This document shows positions 17,517 to 27,172 of a DNA stretch of 64,000 nucleotides, in pieces. Within the stretch, counting starts at the first letter, position 1. Each line of letters opens with the position of its first letter. Below the pieces are notes generated by a model. It was not told the DNA's origin and did not search any database. It saw only the letters and a list, made by a program, of their open reading frames with translations. The DNA comes from a virus: positions 1 to 64,000 of IMG/VR virus record IMGVR_UViG_3300042691_042551; one strand, 5' to 3'. Both the position numbers and the translations under genes were made by a program.

Positions 17517-18178
17517 TGAACCTAACACTCGAAAAAATACGTCAAACGTTCATAAATACCTATCAAGCTGGGTATGATAAAGAAGACAGAAAGCTTCAGA
17601 ACAATTTTATTGATGAATTGATATATCAGGCCCGCGCAGCATTAATTCAAAATGATGCTAAATACCATGAACAGTGCTTGCAAAGAAAGGTTTATGATAT
17701 TACCAAAATTGCCGAACCTAACAGCATATACTACACAACTCCAATTGAAACCATAAACCAAACCCGAAATGGCGCTGGCATATTCATTGTAAAGCCAATA
17801 TCATCTTCTAAAAGAGCTGAGGTTCCATTTGAGTTAATGACAATAATCAAGTTTTTTCAGGCTAAATACGACCGTATAACTAAAAACAAGACTAAGGTGG
17901 CAATATCAGGCAACACTATGTTTTTGAGGTTTCCGCCATTGTATGCAGATGTTAAGCAAATCGAGGTTCACGCAATATTTTACAATCCGTTTGCGGTAAT
18001 TGACTTTTCAGAATCATCACCATTTCCATTTTCTTCTGGCAACATATCTGTATTGATTGAAACAATGTACAATATTTACTTGCAAAAAATATCGCAGTCA
18101 AATGATACACGAAACGACTCTGCTGAAAAAATTAAAAGTTTGCCAGAAGTTCCACAAAGACAGCAACAGCAAGAGTAG
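17516..18178 (+). CDS. putative tail ring protein
   Basis: 'LIYQARAALI', 'AIFYNP', 'PFPF', 'NDTRNDS' resemble the adjacent crAss-like ring gene; TAATG coupling. Confidence 0.65.
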   Translation: MNLTLEKIRQTFINTYQAGYDKEDRKLQNNFIDELIYQARAALIQNDAKYHEQCLQRKVYDITKIAEPNSIYYTTPIETINQTRNGAGIFIVKPISSSKRAEVPFELMTIIKFFQAKYDRITKNKTKVAISGNTMFLRFPPLYADVKQIEVHAIFYNPFAVIDFSESSPFPFSSGNISVLIETMYNIYLQKISQSNDTRNDSAEKIKSLPEVPQRQQQQE

Positions 18179-18200
18179 GTTTTTTGAAACTGCTGTTTTA

Positions 18201-18734
18201 ATGTATTTTGGTAGAAAGTCCAAGAATATTGAAATAAAAGAATACTGCACTGCAGTAACCAATAAAGAGCTTTATCAGATACTTAAAGCCAACAATCCAA
18301 AAATCTTAAAAAAGAACGGCAAGCTAATTACCTATGCCGAATTTAACCGGCACATAAACCAGTACATATCTGTTGTAAAAGACAGTGTTGTTTCTGGCTA
18401 TCCAATGATGCTTCCTTATTTTGGAGCTATTGGAATGGCCATGGAAGAAGTTAAAAAAACAGTTCCCAAAACAAAAACATTGCCCTGGAAAAACAGAAAG
18501 TTTGTTTTGGTGCCTAGACCAATAGTAATGCACACAGATTACGCAACAAACAGGCAAATATCCCCTTTAATTAACACGCTAGGCTTTTCTATAAAATTTA
18601 AGAATATTAACGAAAACGAAATAATTAATCGATATTTGAAAGACAAATCTGTATTTAATTTAACCGGTCCGTACATGTATCGATACGCAAGAAGAATAAA
18701 AAATGGAACTTACACAGAAAATATCGCTTCCTGA
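18201..18734 (+). CDS. IHF/HU-like protein of the crAss-like virion module
   Basis: 'ISVVKDSVVSGYPMMLPYFGAIGM' resembles the HU/IHF core; start moved from 18057 to ATG 18201 to avoid a 120-bp overlap. Confidence 0.55.
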   Translation: MYFGRKSKNIEIKEYCTAVTNKELYQILKANNPKILKKNGKLITYAEFNRHINQYISVVKDSVVSGYPMMLPYFGAIGMAMEEVKKTVPKTKTLPWKNRKFVLVPRPIVMHTDYATNRQISPLINTLGFSIKFKNINENEIINRYLKDKSVFNLTGPYMYRYARRIKNGTYTENIAS

Positions 18735-19380
18735 GGCTATTTATTTAGCTTTTGATGAAATGAATGAGCAAAGGTTTATAACCTATTTGCGGTACGCTCA
18801 AAGAGCAATAGAAAACTTTGGTGTTTATCCAATACTTGTTACAAAAGAAGAGAAACACACAATTAAACAAGGTCGATTTACTCCAATACCGGATTATTTT
18901 TACATTCGATCTGTTTCTGTAAATGGAATAAAGGCCATTATCTCAAACGAGCAATCATCAATACAAGGTCTTGGCTATCCATCATCACAGAGAGAGTATT
19001 TGTACACTGTAGAAGATGGAAACGTGCTTTTTGAAAAACAGGCAAGAGAGTTTTTAGAAAACCAGCAAGCCGATGTTGATTACCGTGTATTTGATAGAAA
19101 TAGCGAAGGAGACATATTGGTACCTATCCAAATGCAAGAATGCATTATATGGTTTATTCGAAAAGAAGAAGCCTATAAACGGTACATGGCATCCAATGGC
19201 CGAGAAGGAAGAGGTTTGTACAACGATAGCAACAGCCAATGGTTAATATCACGTACTGAAGCGCTAAATGATATAGAAACGCCATCAGAGGATGAAATTG
19301 CTTTGATATCAATGATTTGGAAAACAAAAAGTCCATTAAACTATGGACGAGGCTATCGAGATTTTAATAAGATTCACTAA
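18703..19380 (+). CDS. putative tail tubular/ring protein
   Basis: Directly precedes the large stabilisation protein; 'DRNSEGDILVP...IIWFI' pattern. Confidence 0.6.
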   Translation: MELTQKISLPEAIYLAFDEMNEQRFITYLRYAQRAIENFGVYPILVTKEEKHTIKQGRFTPIPDYFYIRSVSVNGIKAIISNEQSSIQGLGYPSSQREYLYTVEDGNVLFEKQAREFLENQQADVDYRVFDRNSEGDILVPIQMQECIIWFIRKEEAYKRYMASNGREGRGLYNDSNSQWLISRTEALNDIETPSEDEIALISMIWKTKSPLNYGRGYRDFNKIH

Positions 19381-22300
19381 TGGAAAAAAGTCAAGACGCT
19401 TTTAGCAAAATGGACATGGACATTAACGAGTCCAATATGTCTACAAACCAAGGTGTTTACAAATACAGTAAAAACGGAAAAATATTTAACAGTGGCGATG
19501 GAAATTTTCAGTGGGTTTGCGATGATGGCTCTGTCTTTGCATTTAAAATACCACATATTCAAACCAATGTTATTCCAGAAAAAAAAGCTATAATTAACGT
19601 GTACCCTATACATGGAGGATCAACCGGTTATGTAAATGATACAGTTGGTAGCTACACAAAAAGATTTAGGTTAAAATTTTACATCAATAGTATTTTGTCT
19701 GGTACTGTAGATGTTCAATCATCATACATAGGAACGCCAGTTTTAAAATCTAATTTTCGAGTAACTGTACAGTTTACTAATTTTGGTGGATATAGTGGAA
19801 CACATCAAATTGATGGTGCTCCGGGTTCAGTTTCATTTGAAAGGCTTATTTGTCAAAGATTTAAAACCATTTTTGATGCAAATTTAACAACAGCACAAAA
19901 GCAAGGAATAACGGTATTAGCTAAAAAGCACGGAATACGTCCTGATGAATCTGATTTTGTACCAGAACTTGAAACGATAGATGTTGCTTTTAATGACTAT
20001 ACGTGGTTTTTAGAGTTTACCCAAAACGATGTAACAAAAAATCTTGAAATTGAAACTACAGTTTATGGTTCTTTAAATGGCGAAGTTATTAATGTGTTTG
20101 GCTGGGGAACTGGTTCTGTTAATGGATCAAGTGTAAAGTTTCCTTGTTCAGCTCCATATCCGGTACCGGGAACTAATCAAAAAAACAAAACATACGGTAC
20201 ACCAAAACCAGAAGGAAAAGCAATATATCTAAAACAAGGAAAATATTATTATGTAAGCTCAGGAGACGTTGTATTGTCTTCACCTGACCATCCAACCAGA
20301 AATCAATGGGATGGAGCCAAATATTCTGTATTGTATCCACAACCAATAACAATAGAAGGAACTTTATTTTTTTTGGGAGACACAGATTCAAAAGACTATT
20401 CAGGTTTGTCTAACAATGCTGAGATAATAGAATGTAATCCTATTACATACGCCTTTGCAATACCTGTTCAAGACAATTTTCCTACGGTTACAATAAACCC
20501 AATGCCAATTGAAATAGTCCATTACTATCGCTATTCTCACAATATTGGTGTTGTTTTTTGTATAGCTGGATACAATGAAAGATTTTTGATATACAAAATC
20601 GATTATTCTAACTTTAATAATCCTATTTTAACAAAGCTTTTAGACAGCGATACTCCTTTAGATTGGACTTTTGAAAACCCAATTATTAAAGTAGATTCAA
20701 GATCTGAGTCTGATGAAAACGCTTTTTTGTTTTGGTGTTCTGAAAAAGGACATTTAAGAAGCCTTAACATTAATACTCCGGTAACTGAAGATATTGATTT
20801 TCAAACAAGAATTTACAAACCTGTTAATTTTGGCAAAATACAAGTTTCAAATGTGTTTCGATCTGGTGGAATGTTGCTTGCTGGTGCTTATCAATATGCT
20901 TATCAGTTATCTATTGATGGTGTTAATTGGACAAGATGTTCTTCTCATACCAATGCTATTCATATTGGCTCTGGCAAAAAATACATTGAAACAGTTAATG
21001 AAGAAACAGCCACATCAACATTTCCGATGCCGGTTCCAACAAATGATCCAAGCTATAAAGGATTTCCTGCCGGCACAAAAACAACACAATCAATTGAAGT
21101 TAGAATAACCGGAATAGATAGAAGGTACAAGTTTTTACGAATTTATTCTATTGAAGCAATATCTGGTAGCGGCCAATATGGAAGTGCGGTTGTTAACATG
21201 ATACACGAAGGACAACTAGAATCAAAAGACTATTATGAATTTAATAAAATTCATACTGGAATAAATGAGGTTTTAAAAGGTGGTTTAAATGTATCTGAAG
21301 TAACAAAGCCCTATTTTGTGCCATACAACATTAAATCGTTTTGTTTTAACAACAACAGGCTAATAATTAGCGGATATGAGGAGTTTCAGTCAATTGTTAC
21401 TGAACAAGAAAAAAACTTGTTGCTTCATGAAACAAAACCAGCATGCAAATACATAGGAACAGATATAACGGCAAGCGATACCGTTAATAACGGGCATAAA
21501 AATTGGTTTAACCAGCAATGGTATAGAAGTCTTCAAATAAACGAAGAATATGAATATGCTTGGGTTTTTGAAGATGAATATGGTAATCATACAGAACCAA
21601 TTCCGGTTATTAAATATACTGTCCCTTTTCATAGAACAAGAACAAAACAAAACTGGTTTGATTTTTTAGCTTTGAGCGTAAACCCTGTAGAAGAAGAACA
21701 TGATTATTATTATGGTCCCGGGGTAAAGGAATATTTAAACGCAGCATATCATTTTTGGGCTCAAGGGTTTTATTTAAAAATGACTGGTTCTTTTCCGTCT
21801 TGGGCTAAAAAAGCAAAACTTGTTCAAAAGCAAAAAAGTCAAATACGCGATCAAAGATATTGGGCTATTGACGAAGAAATATTTACTGAGAACAAAAGAC
21901 TTTGTTTTGTACCAGATTTTTATGGCTACAATTCATTTAGAAAAGATTCATTGTCGATAGGTGATGAGGTTGAGACTTTTTTAAGGAAAGACGAGTTTAT
22001 ACCATCTACTAGAAGAAAGATTGCTGGTAGTTATACTCCTTCAGATGTTTTTGCGGTTGTTAGAAACATTGGGTCTATTGAAGAAACAGCTAGTGAATTC
22101 GTGCCCGGTTCATTTTACGCTTATTTTTTCAATATAAAAGAAAAGATAACTAAGGTTTCTATTAAAGATTACTTTAATACTCCTTTTAAATCTAGACTTT
22201 TTTATGTTTATGGTTTAGGTTCAGAAACAAATTTATCGTTATGCCAAATCATAAAAAAAGAAGAACCATCGACTGAAACCGGCAAAGTTTTATTTGTTGA

Positions 22301-24416
22301 CACCGGATATGAAATTGATTTAAATTATAAGTATGACGGCCTTTTCCAATCTTTTTATGGAGGCGATTGTTTTTCTGGAAATGTTACAAAACCAATACAG
22401 TATCCAAGTAGCTACAACGATAATACGTCTGGAAATGATTGTGAGTTTTATTACATGCCTGTATTAAGCAGGTTTAATTATGCAATGGGCAATGAGGGCT
22501 GGTTTGTCACAGCAGGTCAATTTGAACCAGATTATGCAAAGACAACCATAAACAGAGACTACGGCACAATAAATAGTTGGTTAAAGCATATAATCATAAA
22601 GGACGATTTCCTAAAAGAAAAAACTAAGTTTTTTACTCAAATAGCCTGGTCGTCTCCAAAAGAACCAAACTCTTTATTTAATCCATTTACAACAATATTG
22701 GCAAACAATTTTGTTGACCTTACAGCAACTTTTGGAAACATAACCTCAATAGAGGATTATTATGGCAATCTCTATGTTTTTTTTGAGCGTGGTTTGGTAA
22801 TACTTTATCCAAGCGATAAAGAACTAATAAACACTAGTGCTGGCACTACAATATCCGTTGGAGATGGAAGTTATCTCATTTCTAGAGAAGAAAATATTTC
22901 CAATATAAAGGGAACAACAAGTCATGTATTAAAAACAGATAAAGGAGTTTATTTTTACGATCCATATTCTGGAAGCTTTTGCATAACAACCGAAAAAGAA
23001 CCAGCAGACCTTTCATTGATTTCCGGAGGAAAAGGTTTTTTTGATAAAAGAATATCAAAAACGGTAAACCGTACAAAACACATAGGTTATTGGCTTTCTT
23101 ACAATAGTAGAAGTGGTGAAGTATTAGCAACATTATCAACTAAAATAAGTGAGGACACAGAGTTTATAGCTACTACAATATCCGGTATTATTTATTTAGC
23201 TGTAAAAATTAAATCTGAATTGCTAAAAAAAGGAGAAAAAGTAATTTTAAATACAACTACAACCAAATTTATTGGTACAGTAACAGATATTGTAGTGTTG
23301 TCCGGAGTTAAGTGTTATTTGATAGGAAACATATTTAGATCAAACATTTTACAAACCGTTGCCGAATCTTTTACGGTATATAGACTATGTACTTTGACAA
23401 CTGCGGTTTTTGATATTGAACAAATAGTTTTTGATGAAAATCTTAAATCTTTTGAATCTTTATCTGATAAACTGTCTGTTGGCTCTGAAAATGCATTTAC
23501 AAACCAAGTTTTTGTACCACTGTTCAATAACAATGAAATTCACTATGAAACAAAAGAATTAACGACTATCTATCAGTCAGGTAGTGTTTTGCCATCATTT
23601 CGATATTCGGATCCATACTCAACATTAATGTTTTCTAATGCTGGCCAAGTATTCTTTAACATAAAAAATCCTATTGTTCCTCTTCCAAATGAGAATCCTA
23701 TAGTTCGCGGATCTGTACAGGGTAGCACATCTGGAGTACAGAATGGAACATTGTTTATGGTTTCTAAAAAAGACTTTGTGTTTTTTAAAGGGTACGAATA
23801 CAAAATAGTTGCAACAGTAAACATTTCCGGTTCTGTTTTAGGCCAAATAGCTTTACAACCACACAGAGAGTTTGCTGACTTTATAAATGTGTTTACTGAA
23901 GACAATTATAACTTAATCAATGGTGCAAAAACAATAACCTTTGAGTTTGAGGCTCTTCAAACCTTCGAAAGTCCATTGTGTCTGTACCAAAAAACAAGTT
24001 CAAACAGTTTAATTACTGCTCTTTTAATAGAAATTACTGAATTTACTTCAATCTGTAGGCCTCAAGCAGAGTTACATGTAGTATTAAATTCAACTAAAGG
24101 AGCTTTAGAAAGTAAGGTGTTAAATCCTAACTCTGACCAGTTTGTATATGACAATGGAGTTATAACTGGTTCTTCAGTAGAAGCAGATTTATCTGTTCAG
24201 GTAAACTCACCACAAATAAACGAGGATGTAACTGTTAATGAAGAAATTATCAAAAAAAGGCTTAATGAGTACCGGTTTTCCGTGCCTTATTATGTCGATG
24301 TAGCAGGCAAACAAAGGGTTCGGGGAATATTTGTTACCGTAAAGTATAAATTCAAAAACTATCTACGTAAATTTGCTATACAATCAGTAAAACACACATA
24401 TAGAAAATCTTCATAA
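19380..24416 (+). CDS. tail stabilisation/muzzle protein (P22 gp10-like slot)
   Basis: 1678 aa, beta-rich; 'GGMLLAGAYQYAYQL', 'RSLQINEEYEYAWVF.D..G' and 'FYGGDCF' resemble crAss-like muzzle proteins. Confidence 0.75.
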   Translation: MEKSQDAFSKMDMDINESNMSTNQGVYKYSKNGKIFNSGDGNFQWVCDDGSVFAFKIPHIQTNVIPEKKAIINVYPIHGGSTGYVNDTVGSYTKRFRLKFYINSILSGTVDVQSSYIGTPVLKSNFRVTVQFTNFGGYSGTHQIDGAPGSVSFERLICQRFKTIFDANLTTAQKQGITVLAKKHGIRPDESDFVPELETIDVAFNDYTWFLEFTQNDVTKNLEIETTVYGSLNGEVINVFGWGTGSVNGSSVKFPCSAPYPVPGTNQKNKTYGTPKPEGKAIYLKQGKYYYVSSGDVVLSSPDHPTRNQWDGAKYSVLYPQPITIEGTLFFLGDTDSKDYSGLSNNAEIIECNPITYAFAIPVQDNFPTVTINPMPIEIVHYYRYSHNIGVVFCIAGYNERFLIYKIDYSNFNNPILTKLLDSDTPLDWTFENPIIKVDSRSESDENAFLFWCSEKGHLRSLNINTPVTEDIDFQTRIYKPVNFGKIQVSNVFRSGGMLLAGAYQYAYQLSIDGVNWTRCSSHTNAIHIGSGKKYIETVNEETATSTFPMPVPTNDPSYKGFPAGTKTTQSIEVRITGIDRRYKFLRIYSIEAISGSGQYGSAVVNMIHEGQLESKDYYEFNKIHTGINEVLKGGLNVSEVTKPYFVPYNIKSFCFNNNRLIISGYEEFQSIVTEQEKNLLLHETKPACKYIGTDITASDTVNNGHKNWFNQQWYRSLQINEEYEYAWVFEDEYGNHTEPIPVIKYTVPFHRTRTKQNWFDFLALSVNPVEEEHDYYYGPGVKEYLNAAYHFWAQGFYLKMTGSFPSWAKKAKLVQKQKSQIRDQRYWAIDEEIFTENKRLCFVPDFYGYNSFRKDSLSIGDEVETFLRKDEFIPSTRRKIAGSYTPSDVFAVVRNIGSIEETASEFVPGSFYAYFFNIKEKITKVSIKDYFNTPFKSRLFYVYGLGSETNLSLCQIIKKEEPSTETGKVLFVDTGYEIDLNYKYDGLFQSFYGGDCFSGNVTKPIQYPSSYNDNTSGNDCEFYYMPVLSRFNYAMGNEGWFVTAGQFEPDYAKTTINRDYGTINSWLKHIIIKDDFLKEKTKFFTQIAWSSPKEPNSLFNPFTTILANNFVDLTATFGNITSIEDYYGNLYVFFERGLVILYPSDKELINTSAGTTISVGDGSYLISREENISNIKGTTSHVLKTDKGVYFYDPYSGSFCITTEKEPADLSLISGGKGFFDKRISKTVNRTKHIGYWLSYNSRSGEVLATLSTKISEDTEFIATTISGIIYLAVKIKSELLKKGEKVILNTTTTKFIGTVTDIVVLSGVKCYLIGNIFRSNILQTVAESFTVYRLCTLTTAVFDIEQIVFDENLKSFESLSDKLSVGSENAFTNQVFVPLFNNNEIHYETKELTTIYQSGSVLPSFRYSDPYSTLMFSNAGQVFFNIKNPIVPLPNENPIVRGSVQGSTSGVQNGTLFMVSKKDFVFFKGYEYKIVATVNISGSVLGQIALQPHREFADFINVFTEDNYNLINGAKTITFEFEALQTFESPLCLYQKTSSNSLITALLIEITEFTSICRPQAELHVVLNSTKGALESKVLNPNSDQFVYDNGVITGSSVEADLSVQVNSPQINEDVTVNEEIIKKRLNEYRFSVPYYVDVAGKQRVRGIFVTVKYKFKNYLRKFAIQSVKHTYRKSS

Positions 24417-24417
24417 A

Positions 24418-24882
24418 ATGGATTACAGAGGTCAATTTATGTCTGGGGCCGGTGGCCAAAAAATACAAGGTATTCAGCAATATGTTGGCGAATTTCAAAA
24501 GGCTAATGAAACAGATAGTTACGGCTTTGGAGAAGGAGCAATAGATGTATTAACTTCTACTGGATCTTGGGCCGGAACTGGCGCATCAATAGGAACTGCA
24601 ATAGGTGGTCCTGTGGGTACAGCAGTAGGAGCCGTTGGTGGTGCTGTTGTAGGACTTGGAATTGGTTTATACAATGCTTTTAAATCCGATGCAGAATCAG
24701 AAAAGCAACAAGCCGCGGCAAAAGAATATAACGCCAAAATGGAAGCTGAACGACTTCAAAAAAACGCATTGATAAAAACTCAAAATGAAATGCTTATAGA
24801 CCAGTTTGAGTCAAAAACGCAACAAGAAAATTTAGCTGCTTATAAAATGGCAGCATCTACTCCAAACTATCAATTTGTATAA
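24418..24882 (+). CDS. glycine-zipper ejection/cargo protein
   Basis: GTAIGGPVGTAVGAVGGAVVGLGIG followed by a coiled coil. Confidence 0.65.
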   Translation: MDYRGQFMSGAGGQKIQGIQQYVGEFQKANETDSYGFGEGAIDVLTSTGSWAGTGASIGTAIGGPVGTAVGAVGGAVVGLGIGLYNAFKSDAESEKQQAAAKEYNAKMEAERLQKNALIKTQNEMLIDQFESKTQQENLAAYKMAASTPNYQFV

Positions 24883-24884
24883 AA

Positions 24885-25760
24885 ATGACTAATAAGAAGA
24901 AAAAAGATGAACCGATAGAAACTATTTTAGAATCTCAGGATCAATCAATAACGTCTTTATTTGATAACCTTAATAAAGACATGGGAAAAAGATCAACTTC
25001 TGCTATAATTGGTGGAACAAAGGGTTTATTGGATTTTGGTTTGGGTTTGTATGGTTTATTCAAAGATGATAACATTGGCGCTCCAGCGTATGAATCTACT
25101 TATCAAACAAGCAATGTGTTGCCAGCATTACGTGATAGGGCAATGATGGAAGCTTTTTCCGGTAAAGATGATTATGCTGCTCGCATACGCGCGAGAAATC
25201 AAAGAGATATGGCTGTTCAGTCAGCAATTAACCGTTCCGGTGGTAGCCGTGCATTTGTTCAATCTAATGTGGCTGCAGCCGATGATGTATTTAATCTTGG
25301 AAATCTTAGCATTGATAAAGAAATGGAAGCAGCAAGAATTAATGCATTAAATACTGCAGGAAACCTTGAAAATCTTGTTATTCAAGACAAGCTGAATAAA
25401 ATGAAAGATATGCAGTATTCAAATGAGGACAAATACAGAAAGCTTATGGCTGAAATTACGCTTGATAGAGAAAATCGTCAAGGTGCCATGGGCATGATGT
25501 CTTCCGGTTTAAATGATGTTGCTCAAGCAGCTTCAATGGAAGATATGTGGGGTAAAAATGGAACGATGAAGCAAATTCAGCTTGCAAATTTGATGTTATC
25601 TGCTAAAAAAGCAGGCGTAGACTTATTTGGAGGAGAAAAACAATCGACTTTTGTGTTGGGTCCGGTTGATACTGGTATGAATCACACTCCTATGGAAAAT
25701 CCAGCTAATGTGTTTCTTTTTGGCCGTAATGGAGAGTGGGTTTCAACAAAAAAAAATTAA
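24885..25760 (+). CDS. putative internal virion (cargo) protein
   Basis: Helical Ala/Met-rich protein between the muzzle and RNAP genes. Confidence 0.6.
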   Translation: MTNKKKKDEPIETILESQDQSITSLFDNLNKDMGKRSTSAIIGGTKGLLDFGLGLYGLFKDDNIGAPAYESTYQTSNVLPALRDRAMMEAFSGKDDYAARIRARNQRDMAVQSAINRSGGSRAFVQSNVAAADDVFNLGNLSIDKEMEAARINALNTAGNLENLVIQDKLNKMKDMQYSNEDKYRKLMAEITLDRENRQGAMGMMSSGLNDVAQAASMEDMWGKNGTMKQIQLANLMLSAKKAGVDLFGGEKQSTFVLGPVDTGMNHTPMENPANVFLFGRNGEWVSTKKN

Positions 25761-25772
25761 AAAACAATAACT

Positions 25773-27170
25773 ATGGTTGATTTTGGAAATTTATACGCTG
25801 GAAACCTTAACAAAGGTTCACAAGAGCAAAAATTTAATTGGGAAGCACTTCAGAAAAACAAATTATTAGAGCTCGAAGCATTTAATCAACAGCTTGCAAG
25901 AGAAAACGCCTTTCAAGATCAGGAAAGAGCCGTAATGCAAGATATATGGAAAAACCTTGCTGAAACACTAAAAGAAAGTAACGGTTTTCTTGCCGGCAAT
26001 GCAAAGGAATTTAAAAACGTTTACGAACAAAAAAAACAAGAGTTATTTAAACATATGTCTAATTATACGTCTGTACAAGCTTTTATGGCTTCTGATGGCG
26101 TATCTCATTTGACAAAGTTTACTGAAGATGTATTAACTGACCAGTCTTTTAAAAACGGGATTCAAACAGCAAAAAGCTACGAAGCCTATCAAAAATCGAT
26201 TTTAGAAGGAAAAACAGCACATAAATTAGTAATGACAAGTGACGGAGATCCTTTGGGAGCTGATAATGCATTTAGAGATGTTATATCTGGAGAATCATCA
26301 AAAGGTATTCAATACAGAGGTTCACTTAGCAATAATGTTGATGTACCACCACCAATTGCCGGTGAAAAAGATGAATACTATACATTTGAAGAAATTAGTC
26401 AAATTGCAACTGTACAAAATCCTCAATTTTTTGATCAGGAATTTAAAGACGAAATGAATAAAGTAATTCAGTCTGGAAAAGGAAAATCAAACAGTCCATT
26501 TCTCAAACGATTTAAAGATCCAAACTATGACATTAGAAGACGTGAAAGTGATGCTGATGCTGAATTAAAAAGAGCACAAGCAAATTATTACAATGCTCGT
26601 CCGTCAGCAGGTGGCGGTGGTGGTGGAAATCCATTAACTACTCAAAAAATTCCAGGCATAACAACTACAAAAGTATCAAGCGAAAAAAATGAAAATGGTG
26701 TAGAAGTAAAAGCAGAAAGAACCGTAAATAGTGTTACTCAAGTTTCTGGATTTATTACTTTAAACGAAAATGGATCCGTAAATAGCATTTTAAATACTAT
26801 AGATCTTGCAAATACAGGAAATTCACTGCTTCCATCTTATACTAGATTGGTTGATGAAGCTATTAGATTTTCTTCTTTTACAACAGAAGAATATTCAGTT
26901 GGTGAAATTGGTGGCAAAAAGGTTAGTTATTTAAAAAATGTAAACTTGGATGAATTTAAAAGAAAACTTTTTAAAGGAATTACCGATAAAAGAGAATCCT
27001 TGTATTTAACTCCTGACGAATCAGCTGCTATGAAAGTTGGTGTTGAAGAATATATTGCCCATTTACAACGTGAAAGAGCTGCGGGAAGAAACACTGGTAT
27101 ATTACTTGGAGTTTGGGACCCTCAATCTAATCGAGTAGAAGGATTTGCTAACGAAAGAAGAATTGAATAA
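25773..27170 (+). CDS. putative internal virion (cargo) protein
   Basis: 465-aa helical protein with a poly-Gly linker, directly before the giant gene. Confidence 0.6.
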   Translation: MVDFGNLYAGNLNKGSQEQKFNWEALQKNKLLELEAFNQQLARENAFQDQERAVMQDIWKNLAETLKESNGFLAGNAKEFKNVYEQKKQELFKHMSNYTSVQAFMASDGVSHLTKFTEDVLTDQSFKNGIQTAKSYEAYQKSILEGKTAHKLVMTSDGDPLGADNAFRDVISGESSKGIQYRGSLSNNVDVPPPIAGEKDEYYTFEEISQIATVQNPQFFDQEFKDEMNKVIQSGKGKSNSPFLKRFKDPNYDIRRRESDADAELKRAQANYYNARPSAGGGGGGNPLTTQKIPGITTTKVSSEKNENGVEVKAERTVNSVTQVSGFITLNENGSVNSILNTIDLANTGNSLLPSYTRLVDEAIRFSSFTTEEYSVGEIGGKKVSYLKNVNLDEFKRKLFKGITDKRESLYLTPDESAAMKVGVEEYIAHLQRERAAGRNTGILLGVWDPQSNRVEGFANERRIE

Positions 27171-27172
27171 TA

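Noticed and set aside
18057-18200. N-terminal extension of the IHF-like ORF
   Set aside because: It would overlap the upstream gene by about 120 bp; ATG 18201 is a more plausible start
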